Source: Girardia tigrina
Taxonomy: Eukaryota
DNA length: 61,654 nucleotides
Assembly (NCBI GenBank): GCA_001938485.1
Contig: MQRK01232893.1
Coordinates: 1 to 61,654, forward strand
Direction of reading: 5' to 3'
Shown here: piece by piece, positions 50,541 to 61,654 of the stretch
How positions within the stretch are numbered: position 1 is the first letter of the stretch
How the letters are laid out: each line of letters begins with the position of its first letter
The notes under the pieces: generated by a model
Told to the model about the DNA's origin: nothing
Database searches by the model: none
The model's input: only the letters and a program-made list of their open reading frames with translations
Translations under genes and position numbers: made by a program

Positions 50541-53500
50541 TCAGATGTGTGAGAATAATTAATAACTATATATTTATAAATTAAAATGCATATAATTATT
50601 TATATCAAAATCATATTATATCCAAGGATCCTGAATATATAAAAAACAATCCTGAGATTGTTTAAATCAATCAGTGTAATTAATTTTAGACACTCTTTAT
50701 TAAATTATGTAATAAAATTAAACGTTTATCATTTTTTTGATTTTTAATATGGAAAATTCTTATATGGCGACCACGCCAAATGTTATCAACAATTTGGCGT
50801 CAACAATATTCGATGGACACAAAGATTTGGAGCAGTTCATTACCGAATGCAACAGATTCTTTCAAGTTTCGAAAATTCAGGAAAGAATTCAATCGTTATT
50901 CTTCAAAGCATTCATCAATAAAGATTTAATATCTACTTATGAAGCACTAGATGAGAAAATCAAGAATTTCGCGGATCGGTTACTGAAGGCATTCGAACGT
51001 CCAACATCGTTAATTCAAGATTTGTAGGAGCTCATGAATTACAGAAAAGAAACAGCAATTTCTTATGTCAACAAAATTGAGAAGATGGTAGAAAAAGTTT
51101 TATTCCACAAATGGAATAAACCGGAGCTAATGGCATATTTTTTAACTAATGTATAGAAGATGTCAGTGTCAAAACTCAAATTTATCTTCAAGAAGCTAAA
51201 TCTCAGGATTCAATCAAAGCAGTTATAGAAAAGATAGATATTATTAAAACAGAAATCCGAGCAGTTGAAGCTGAAGGTCACTTCCGATATCAATGTTTCA
51301 AAAAAGATGAAAAAATACAACCCAAAACAAGATCCAGTATAACCGATGAGAAAATCAATATCGTCATCCAATGGTTGGAATTGACGAAACTGACGGGATA
51401 TGATGCAGAGAAGGCATCAAACTTCGAGGCTCCGTCACGTCAGGAGATGATTGGGGTCATACATTAAAGGGTAATAATATTCAGAATCCTTATATTTATA
51501 ATATATATAATAATAATACATTAATAATAATTTCAATAATCATATTTATAATAATAGTAATGTTAATAATGATATTAATTATCAAAATAATATTTGTAGT
51601 TTAAATAGTAGTCATAATAGAATAAATTCATGAGTATATAGGTAATAGAACACAGAATGAATATTATATTGAGGAGACAATGGAATTTGTTATGGGTGCA
51701 AAAGGGAAAATAAACAATGAGATTTTTAATGGAAGACCGAGTATGTTGACAGTTATAGGGTGTATTAAAATGAATTGTTTATTAGACACTGGGGCCCGTA
51801 TTAATGTAACATATGAAAAAACTATTAAACAATTACAAATACCAATGAGTAAGCACACCGTAACATCAGTTGTATGTGAAAAGGGCAGTGGGATGGAGAT
51901 GAGTTTTACATTTCAAATTAAGGTAAAATTTTATAATATAACACTGTATCCAGTCCTTTTTATTGTGAAAACAGTTTTTACATCTATAATCTTCGGAATT
52001 GAATTAATTTGATCATTAGGTCTCGGTTTAAGGGGGCGATTTGATACCAAAAATATAAAACAAGAATCATTTACACCTGATAGAGTGTGTGCGGAAATAT
52101 GTGCTTTAGATCCATATATCGATAAACTTATTTATACGGACAAAGACAGATTTTTGAAAGCCAAAGAAATATTAAATCTACGTGATGGTACAAATTTATA
52201 CAGATGTATAGATAAGTACAAGAACATTTTTATGGCTGGAAAATTGGATATTAGGAAAACTACATTAACCAGACATGAAATAAAAAGATCTAGTGAGCCA
52301 ATTTTACAGAAGTCCCGTAGACAGCCGCTACATTTGGAACATCACTTCGAAAAAGCAATATTGAATTTAGAAAGACATGGAATAAAAGAAAAATGCTCTT
52401 CCCCTTTGAACACACCAATGGTTTGTGTATGGAAAAAGGAGAAAAGGGAAATCCGTTTGTGTTTATATTTTCGGGTCCTAAATCAAGTAACTGAGAGACC
52501 AGCTTTCTCTATTCCAAATGTGGATGAGATGTTGGATTCTTTAATTGGAATGAAGTGGTTTAGTTCCATAAATCTGGGTAATGAAGCATTACCAGGTGGA
52601 GTTGGAAAAATCTTCAAAGATGAAAACGACTTTTTCTACAAGGACCGGACGATTTTGCTTTACAAGAATGCCATTCTGCATAGCAGCGGCACCGACTACT
52701 TTCTAAAAATTAATGAATGGCATATTGAAGGATATGCTATGGAAAGAGGCAGTGTTGATTTTTTTCAGAAACAGAAGACGAGCATTTAAAAAGATTAGAC
52801 CGGTTATTTTCGAGAATTCAATCAGCAGGCCTAAGAATTAACCCAGAAAAATATAAATTTTTCCAGAAGGAAATGCGTTTTCTTGGATATATTGTGAATA
52901 GAGAAGGAATCAAAACGGATCCTGAGAAAATCCAGACAATAGTAGATTTTGAACAACCAAAATGTGTACAAAATTGCGCATTTTTTTAGGACTGTAATTA
53001 TTATAGAAAGTTCATTGTAGAATATTCAAAACTAGCAAAACTGTTATAAGCAATGTGTTGAAGTTCTAAAGATAGACTATATTAGAACGTTTCTCATCCA
53101 GAGGCTTTTAAAAAGTTAAAAACAGCCATGATAACTGCCCCTGTATTATGTTATCCAAATTTAAAAAAACAGTTTATTTCAGACACAGATGCATCTTTCG
53201 ATAAAATTGGCGCGGTTCTTAATCAGTTAGATGACAAACTTGAAGAGCGAGTCATCGTGTATGGATCAAGGTCGATGTCGAAACATGAAATAGATTATTA
53301 TATAACAAGGAAAGAATTGCTAGCAATATTTCATTTTACACAACATTTAAAACATTATCTTTACGGTGCACATTTTAAACTGAGAACGGATCGCAAAGCA
53401 GTTGTTTTTATGATGACAACAAAAAAACCAATTACTCTGGAATTTAAAAACTAAATGAATTATTTAAGCAGTTAAGATATGAAATTAGAATATAGAAAAG

Positions 53501-53694
53501 GAAAAATACATCAAAATGTAGATGCTTTGTCTCGGAATAAATGTACAGTATGTTCAAAGTGTATGATTCAACATGATCAGCCAAAATTATCGAAATAGAA
53601 AGTAAGAATGTTGGCAATAAATGAAGAGAAATCTCCCATACCATGGCAACAGAAGAACACGAAAATTATGGTAATTATTGGACAAATAAAGAAC

Positions 53695-54737
53695 GGTGAT
53701 CCGACAAATGCGCGCCGACAAATGCGCACATTGACAAATGCGCTAAAAGGGAATTGCAAAACTTTTTTTAATTACTTAATATTAAATTTATTTAATGTAT
53801 GAATACATTGTCTTTTGTGTTTCCCAATGTTAACATATTTGGTTGTCTATTCCATCTTGGGCAATCTTTGTGGCACCGAAGACAGAACGATGGCTTATGT
53901 AACCTTTATCGTAACGACGAAAACGTGAAATTATATACAAAAATGATGATAGCACTAAGCTTTGTTCCTCCGGAAGATGTTGGGGCAGCATTTGATGACT
54001 TGAATGACTGTAGACTTGAGTGTCTTGAAAATATGAATAATTACTGGGAAGATAACTATATTGGGCGCTTGAGACGCAATCGACGTGGTATACCTCTGTT
54101 TCTTATCACAATGTGGAATATGCGAGAACGTGCTGCTGAAGGTTTGCCTCGAACTAATAATTCAGTTGAAGGTTGGCATAATGCATTTCAGTCATCTGTT
54201 GCTTGTCATCATCCTACAATTTACAAATTGATCGATCATTTCCGTCGTAAACAAGACTTGACAGAGCAAACTATAAGTCGTATATTTAGTGGAATTTATA
54301 CTCAAACAGCCAGCAAAGCTAAGTACGTACAATTATCCAAACGTCTTGCTGCAATTATCCCTACTTATAATGGACGTGAATTTAAGGAGTATTTGCACGC
54401 AGTGGCTCTTAATATTGACATTTAGATTGTCTTGTTTGGATAATTGTTTAACTTTTTTTTAAATTTGTGTTTTTTAATCTTTTGTTCAGTATATTAAATT
54501 AACATTCGCATTAAGATTGATATTGACATTAAATATTTCTAATATATTTTAAATAAGTCATTACAATAAAATCCAATACATATAATTTGACAATAACTCA
54601 AAATATCTTTAGCAATATGTAAATAATAATAATAAATTTTCAAAAAAATCTATTAATTTTATAATTCCAAAATATCTTAAATATTAAATAATTAAAAAAA
54701 GTTTTGCAATCCCCTTTTAGCGCATTTTTCGGGAACC
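53695..54737 (+). mobile_element. Mutator/MULE element, internally deleted
   Basis: 9-bp TSD ATAAAGAAC (53686-94, 54738-46) and long imperfect TIRs. ORF 53799-54425 has GCLFHLGQSLW and RTNNSVEGWHN. Confidence 0.95.
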
Positions 54738-56344
54738 ATAAAGAACAATACTTATCAAACATTCCAATTATCCAAAGGATTTGTCAGAACCCTAAATGAC
54801 AAGATTTGGATTCCAAAAAGTGAACGACAGGCTTGTATAATCTTTTCCCATAGATACTTATGTCATGCTGGATTTATGAAAACGTTTTCATTTATGCGAA
54901 ATGGATATCATATGGAATATTTCATGGAACAAGTTAAAATAGTAACAGAAAGCTACATTGCTTGTCGGACAGCGAAAACTTACACAGGAATAACTATAGA
55001 AGAAACAAAGACAATTACATCGAAAAGACCGTTTGATGACATTTATATTGATTTTTGTGGACCGATGCCGATTATAAAAGGAAATAAATATATCTTAGGA
55101 ATTATAAATAGATTTAGTAGATATATTAGTTTAACGGCTGCCAGTAATCACGATGAGACTACAACGATGCAGGCATTATTACTATGGGGAATGTTTTGAA
55201 TTGCGTGTTGATATTGTGCATGTTGTATGTTGATTCGGATTGTGCCTCTCATACACAGATGGATGATTGGTATTTTCTATGATTCTTACTAATTAAAAAT
55301 AATTTAATTTAATTTTAAAGTAAAAAGATTTAAAATAATTTTTGAATGTATTATTTATTTTTTAATGTAATTTAAAATTTTAAAATATTAATTTATATAT
55401 GTTCTTTTTTAAAAATGTTTAAATTTAATTTTAACCAATTAGATTTTTTATAATTAATAATTTTTATTAACAGATTTTCATTTATTGAAAATAATTAGTA
55501 TGAACTCAGAAATATATCGATCAAGAAAAATGTCAAATAGTGAATGCGCTTGTGATATTAATAAATTTTGCAAAACTCATATTGATGTTGTTAATAATTA
55601 CGACAATGGATATTTAGGTTCGGAGCTCCGGCTTGCATTCATATTTATATAGCGCTTTATTTTATTGTGTAATAAAAATAAATTTTTATCATTTTTTTGA
55701 TTTTTAATATGGAAAAATTGTGCGATTATTGTTTTAAAGTATTTTATTCACTACTATGATACCAATGATAATTATACTTTGCATTATTATTATTAATTTT
55801 TGAGTCTTTCAGGTTACTAAGAGAGTTTGAATTTTCAAAAATCTTTTTTAAGACTTATTTTAAGACAAACACGTGTCATCACAATTGCTAAAGGGGTTTA
55901 TTTATTGAAAATCAATAAATTTATATTTGTAGAAAATATTAGAAAATAAACATTCCTAAATATGCATGAGTTATATTGTAACGGCGAGGGAGCGTTATTA
56001 ATAATTTTGATCTTTTAGTGCTGTTTAAACACTAAAATTGAGTTATTACACGGAAATATGTCAATCGATTTCACTTATCAATTCACTCTAATTATTTGTC
56101 GTCAAAAAGGAATGAAATATTGTGTCTTCATAATAATATTTCATTTAACATTTTGTCGATTATAATTTTTATTTTTATCTGATTTCATTCGATTTGTTTA
56201 ACCTAATTAAAATATCAGTTTAACAAATAATTAGAAAGTAGAAAAAAGTATTTTAAGTTACCGCTTTCTAGATGATGTATAATTTTTATAACTTAATTTT
56301 TTCTTTTTGATATCTATCTATTCACTTTGTATGTTCTTTTAGAT

Positions 56345-56920
56345 CAGTGCCCCCTCAAGCTTTTTAGCTACAGCGCCCACTTTTTGTATATTTTTTCAAC
56401 CTACGATGTTCCAGCGCCCCCTTTGAAATCCTTGGAATCAAAGAATTATAAAAACTTAATTCTTACAGACATTACATTATATATTATTACAGACATTACA
56501 GATATTAATTAATGTTAGTTGCTATTTATTAGTGTGAAACTTGATGCTGGTGCTTGCGGACTAATTCTTCCACATTGCGCTTTAGACTGGCGAGAGAAAG
56601 GCGCAGGTCACCTCGGTTAAGAATATCCAAATTGTTTCTTTGTTTTGTAAGTAATTGAGAGATGCAGCTAAATCTGTACTCTAACAAATAAGAAGTCGGG
56701 AACGCCAGAAGTAGCAAATAAATTTTGCTCTACAATATTGGGTATTGTTACGACATTTGCTTCCTGTCCCACAGCTGCAAATAGCCACCTTTATTGAAGT
56801 GCAACCGAGACTCCTCATCGTTACGCAAATCTAAGAGTTCTTCTTAACAATCAACTTCAATATCCTCTATAATTACAAGAAATGGTTGTGTCATCCATGA
56901 GGGAACATTATGCTAAACAA
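56345..56920 (-). mobile_element. hAT (Buster/Charlie-type) 3' fragment
   Basis: FPTSYLLEYRFS..KQRNNL..GDLRLSL..QHQVSH with a CAGTG-type terminus at 56345. Confidence 0.85.
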
Positions 56921-58574
56921 AATATTTCTCTTTTGTTTTGAAGATTCTTTATTTCCATTTCAGAAATCAATCAGAATTTGATATACCAACTTTATATATT
57001 TTAGGTTAATACTTCTATACTTGGAATTGCAGAAATGACGAATTAAGAACCTAAAGAAAGAGATTGTAGAAACTATGAATTTGAATAAAGCCAATTAAAG
57101 TTTTGTAAATTCACGATGTATTTAAACTTTAAAAATTGAATTCATTTCTGATATTTTACTATTTAAAAGTTTTTAGTGTTATACAAAATAATTGTCTGTT
57201 TTTGAATTATTGTGAGACTATCAATAAATAAAATTAATCAGATTTGTTACTATTCGATTTTAGTCGTCAAGCGTCGTGTAACGGGTTCAAGATGTCTGGT
57301 AAGTCTAACCGTCACAAAATAGATGAAGGATACAATTACTAAATACTTGATGACTGGCAAACAAACTTGCTTGTCAATGAGGGCAAGCAATATTTGTAAA
57401 GTGTTCTCGAATGGTGTACATGGTTGTCCTGTAAGATAATTTCTCAAAGTTATAAATAGCCTAAAAATTATTGGGCCAGCAATATGTGCTTTGCCTTTTG
57501 AAGACTGCTTTTATATAAAATTTAATCGCTTTCTTTTTAAACTTTATTTAATAAATTATTTATATTTCTTCTTTCGAAAATAATATAATATTTGAAATAT
57601 AACTTCATTTACTATTTGTTTTGGTCAACACAAATGTTGACCTAAAACCAAAAATAAATTGTTTACATTTATGTTCCTTTTTATTGATACAAAATTTATT
57701 ATTGCTACTCGTTTTTTTTCTTTTCTAATTAAGTTAAAATTGAAACTTATTTTACACTGAAAACGATAAGTTAAAAATAATTATTAAATCATTAAGATAT
57801 GAATAAATTCTAATTTCAATTTTTCGTTTTAGATTTTAAAATTATTGTTGACGAAAATTATTCATAAAATATTTGGTAAAAAAATTTGGTAACATTCGGA
57901 TTTTATGTTTTTAATTTAAATTTAGGGGAGTCTAGTGTTTTTACAAATATTTCTTAAAGAAGATTTATTTTTATAAATTGAATGTGTTGCTTCATCATTG
58001 CCAAGATTTATACTCTTTATTGAGAGGTAATCATTCAATTATAGTATATATTGGTATATCATAAGTAAACTTAATTGAGGTTTAATATATTGGATGAAAA
58101 AAAACGCAGTCACCACCGGCATAATAATGTCACAGACCATAACCGTGTTGATATAGTGATTCTAAATGTGTATAGGCAGATAATGTCATGAAGACTTTAT
58201 TCTTCATGATATTTTACCGGTGATCCATAGCTAAAGTTTTGTCCATAATCCAATGTAATAGCTGGCTTGTTGACGGGTATAATGCCTGTTGAGTGCTGTA
58301 CTTCTGATTATTTTGCCATGACACAAATATGCATTTTTTACCTGAACCATTTAAGAAGTAATCAACATCGAAAAAATAAATTGCAACAAAAAATAGATTT
58401 ATTAATATTCAATGTTTTTTTCTGTAAATGAAGTGCATATCTTTAAAATTTTGCTTCTCACAAATTATTGATTCTGTAAAATAGATATTATAGTATATAA
58501 CGATGTCAAAATAATATAATCAACTAATTTAATTTTAGCATATTAAAGTAAATACGTAAATTAATTAATTCTAG

Positions 58575-58742
58575 GGACAATTTACTGCAAGACAATTATG
58601 GGAATTTTATACTGATTTACAAAATCCAGAATATAAGACGCACATGGCGATTGTTCACAACAGATTTTCCACAAATACATTTCCTTCCTGGGAACGAGCT
58701 CATCCACAACGTATGTTGGCCCACAATGGAGAAATAAACACT
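58575..58742 (+). CDS. GLT1: Glutamate synthase, exon 7 (runs into N-gap)
   Basis: [56 protein letters not shown] contains the [10 protein letters not shown] and AHNGEINT signatures. TAG acceptor. Confidence 0.97.
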
Positions 58743-58787
58743 NNNNNNNNNNNNNNNNNNNNNNNNNNNNNNNNNNNNNNNNNNNNN

Positions 58788-58816
<29 letters not shown>
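58788..58816. repeat. (TA)n microsatellite at gap edge
   Basis: Direct reading. Confidence 0.95.
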
Positions 58817-58822
<6 letters not shown>

Positions 58823-59099
58823 AAAATTTTAAAAAATCATTGAAATATTATTAATATAAATCTCGTGGTTATTTCTATATTGTTTGTGGATTTATTTTCG
58901 GACTTAATGCAACACTTGGTTGCAACAAACCCTAATTAATTCCAATCTCTATCCCAATCCCTCGAATCCATTCTCACTCGTTGTCATCGGCCGTTCCTCA
59001 ATATCAACGACGATAATTCCACCAAAACCCAAAAACCAATTCTTATCTCAAGAGTCTCTCGAGCTCGATTAATAATTGAGCGAAAAAATTATTACAAAA

Positions 59100-61560
59100 C
59101 AAGGTTTTTTATTTGCCCAGACGGAACTTTATCTGATTGACTGATCGGCTTTGTTTGTCTTCAGAATCATCGGTCGCCACCTCGGTGATCACTGCAAGCT
59201 GCATAGGACAGCTACTTCGCAGGCTTTATTCAGAGCTCCTCAGCATCATCGGCATCCTCGAATATTGGACCTTAAATAACAGGGGCTCTTAGATTCTGGG
59301 CTGGATCATCTCGGAATTGGGATATACTGCTTGTGTCTCTCCCATCACATAAGGCAGCCCATTGACGAGCACTCCATCGAATATTGGATCTGATGGTTGC
59401 GTTTGCAATGGCCTTCTCCCTATCTGAGAGAAAGATGTCCTTGAGAGGTTTGTGGTTCTCTGGGAACCAGGATCCTAAAGTTCCTACAATGAAGGTAAAC
59501 AATAGCACGTTGTGGTCGTTGTATTGATTCCTTGTGAATTCCGCCAGTGGATCATAATATTCGAGATTGTCCTTATTAGCCCGTTCCAAATTTTTTTCCT
59601 ACTCAAAAGGACACTTAACATCTATTAAGATAATTCTCTTTTTCTCAGGGAAGTAAATCTACAAGTCACCTTTGAGTAGGGAGTAAACAAAACGACATTG
59701 AACGTTGACAGAGTTCAACGTTGCAGCACTCGCGAATTTCCGAAGCAAGAATGTCAAGAGAGGTATCATGCCGAGCATTAGTGTAGGACATGAGGGTAGG
59801 ACAGGAACAGAGGACATGTTTGAGAGTTTCCACATGTTCACGGCATCGCCTACAAGGAGCAGTTTCCCCAAACCGAAATTTAACTGGGAGAGTGTATGAA
59901 CGACCCTTCTGAATGAATTGCCATTCAAACTCGGATAGGTGACTGTTGTACACAACAGAAGTCGTGTATGTAAATAGGGAGAGGGTAGATGCAGACCGAC
60001 CCGCACTCTATTGTCCATGAATGGAGATAATGGAGGGAAAGACCCTTTCTGAAAAACACAGCAACTTTATCCTTTTCAGACGTCTGGATGGTGGAAGAAA
60101 TTTGATATTCAGCATTAGAGAGTCTAATGGTGATGTAAGTATAAGGAAAGTCATCACCGAAGCGGATAGTAATGCCACGACCCTTCAAGACAGAGATTGC
60201 GTGCTGAATTTTGTTCCACCAGTTCTTACAGGCAAATGGTGAAAACCCCTCATTAATTCATTCAAAAATCTCAGCTCTGGAAACTTTTTGGGATGTATGT
60301 TTTAGGGTAATCCACACAGCCTCCTTCACAAAGTTATCGGAAGAGTTAAGAAGGTAGAAGCTATGGGTAACGGATTGCACCAAATACTCATCAAATACAG
60401 AAGTCAGGCCAACACCACCATGTTGTTTGTCCGTGTAAATATAGTAGTTCGAGGGATGCAGAGAAAGGTTCAAAAATTCTTTGTGTTCTTTCCGGACAAC
60501 AATTTCCCAACTTTACAAGCTGTAATATCAGGAAAAGGAATATAAGTATTGCGGAAAAAGAATACCCTTTTCGGGTGAACAAAAGTTTGGTAGGCGTGAA
60601 GTTTCTGAAAGAGAGTAGACAGAGTTTTTTATAATGACAAAATACACCAGAACATCTTCAATAACTTGCTCAGGTGTGTGACGGAAAAGACGATAAATAA
60701 AACTACCCAAGTAAACATAGCCTTGATCAGCCTTCAAATGGGGAATTAGTTGATAATTTAAGAAGATCATGTTGTCAGCATTATATGGAAAATCCATATA
60801 TGTACATTTAGATCGTCTGAATTCCATACCCACAGTTTTAACGTATTTGGAGGCACAGCCCACAAGAGTATTAAGAGCAAATTCGTAGAGGTCAAAAAGC
60901 ACAAGATAATCTGCATAAACCATACAAGAAATGGTGAAAGTACCAACCGTAACTTGGTTACGACACCGGATAGAATCAAGTTTGTTAAGGATCGGAGTGA
61001 TACTTATATTAAACAAGAGCATTGACAGGGGACACCCCTGTCCAACTCCAACAGTGATTGCTAACCGGTCAGTTACTTCGCCTTCATATATTACCCTGAT
61101 GTGGCAGTCACGATACAATTCCTTGAGTAGTCCAATAGATTGCTGAAGGAGGCCCATCTTTTCAAGAACAAACAGGATGTAATCCACAGAAATTGTTTGG
61201 AATTCCACAGTGAAGTTCGGAATTTTTCTCGTTGATCAATAATAGCTCGCAAGAGAAATGTATGTTCCGCACTGCCATCCGCAGGTCCAAGGCTCTTTTG
61301 GAGTGTATGAAGAAGTTGATTTACTTTGATCCAAGCCTTCAGTTGCCAACAAAGGAGTGTAGTGAGAAGTTTATAAAGACATTCTTGAAGTACAATGCCC
61401 CTCATGAAAAGGGAAGGTGATATTCGCCCTCCTTTCCCGATTTAGGAATCATGAGAGTGTCAAACATTTTCCAATCAGAAAACAGTGTTGGTTTCAATGA
61501 TCTTTGCAAAAATTTTCTCACAAATGACTCTGTCTGGGTCAGAATATAAAATATTATGAT
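59100..61560 (-). mobile_element. RLE-type non-LTR retrotransposon (NeSL/R2-like), 5'-truncated and decayed
   Basis: RT motifs GVGQGCPLSMLLFN, VYADY and YVYLG, and GGVGL. CCHC CRRC..ETLKHVLCSC, NARHD, IDVKCPFE and FIVGTLGSW. AATAAA on the minus strand near 59108. Confidence 0.9.
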
Positions 61561-61627
61561 AAAAGATTCCGTTTTGGCCAGGGGAGGAGGGAGAAAAATG
61601 TTAGTGTCGGCATAATTACTTCCCCCA

Positions 61628-61654
61628 ATATATATATATATATATATATATATA
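61628..61654. repeat. (TA)n microsatellite at window end
   Basis: Direct reading. Confidence 0.95.

Larger units (their letters stand above)
49697..55720 (+). mobile_element. Decayed Gypsy element (LTR-PBS-gag-pro-RT-RNaseH-IN) ending in a related LTR
   Basis: LTR-like start TGTGATGAATATT and PBS TGGCGACCACG at 50765-75. gag at 50764, then LLDTGA, SDTDAS and IYIDFCGP. LTR-like sequence resumes at about 55183 and shares TTTATCATTTTTTTGATTTTTAATATGGAAAA with 50725-50756. Confidence 0.88.

Noticed and set aside
57250-57450. Minus-strand GIY-YIG-like remnant (TRHLE..LHD)
   Set aside because: Too degenerate to call without a profile search.
58100-58320. Minus-strand piggyBac-like remnant (KPAITLDY)
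   Set aside because: Only one short motif, with no TTAA or TIR support.
58788-61654. LINE targeting (TA)n microsatellites
   Set aside because: The apparent 3' end (about 59100) is roughly 280 bp from the left (TA)n, and both tracts lie at gap or window edges.

Overview
AT-rich eukaryotic genomic DNA, probably from an invertebrate animal. A planarian-type flatworm is plausible from the composition and repeat spectrum but cannot be proven here. The window has six N-gaps. Only one host gene is recognisable, and the ORF track nearly misses it: the 5' part of a glutamate synthase (GOGAT/GLT1-like). Its seven + strand exons encode 257 codons of the Ntn glutamine-amidotransferase domain and are spread over 18180-58742, with introns of 47 bp to about 12.8 kb. 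Almost everything else is nested, mostly decayed transposons. These include Gypsy LTR elements and solo LTRs, mariner/maT/rosa/IS630-like elements and MITEs, hAT and Mutator elements with exact TSDs, RTE-like and RLE-type LINEs, a Penelope fragment and a 5S rRNA-derived SINE. The most unusual observations are: (i) a non-coding Polinton-like element whose long TIRs carry RFX X-box arrays at a 21-bp period; (ii) an unexplained 3.2-kb block with divergent micro-intron-spliced units; (iii) a 5S-SINE containing a second copy of its own 5' strand; (iv) minimal hammerhead-like motifs; (v) a Stowaway-type MITE. All homology calls come from motif recognition, not database searches.
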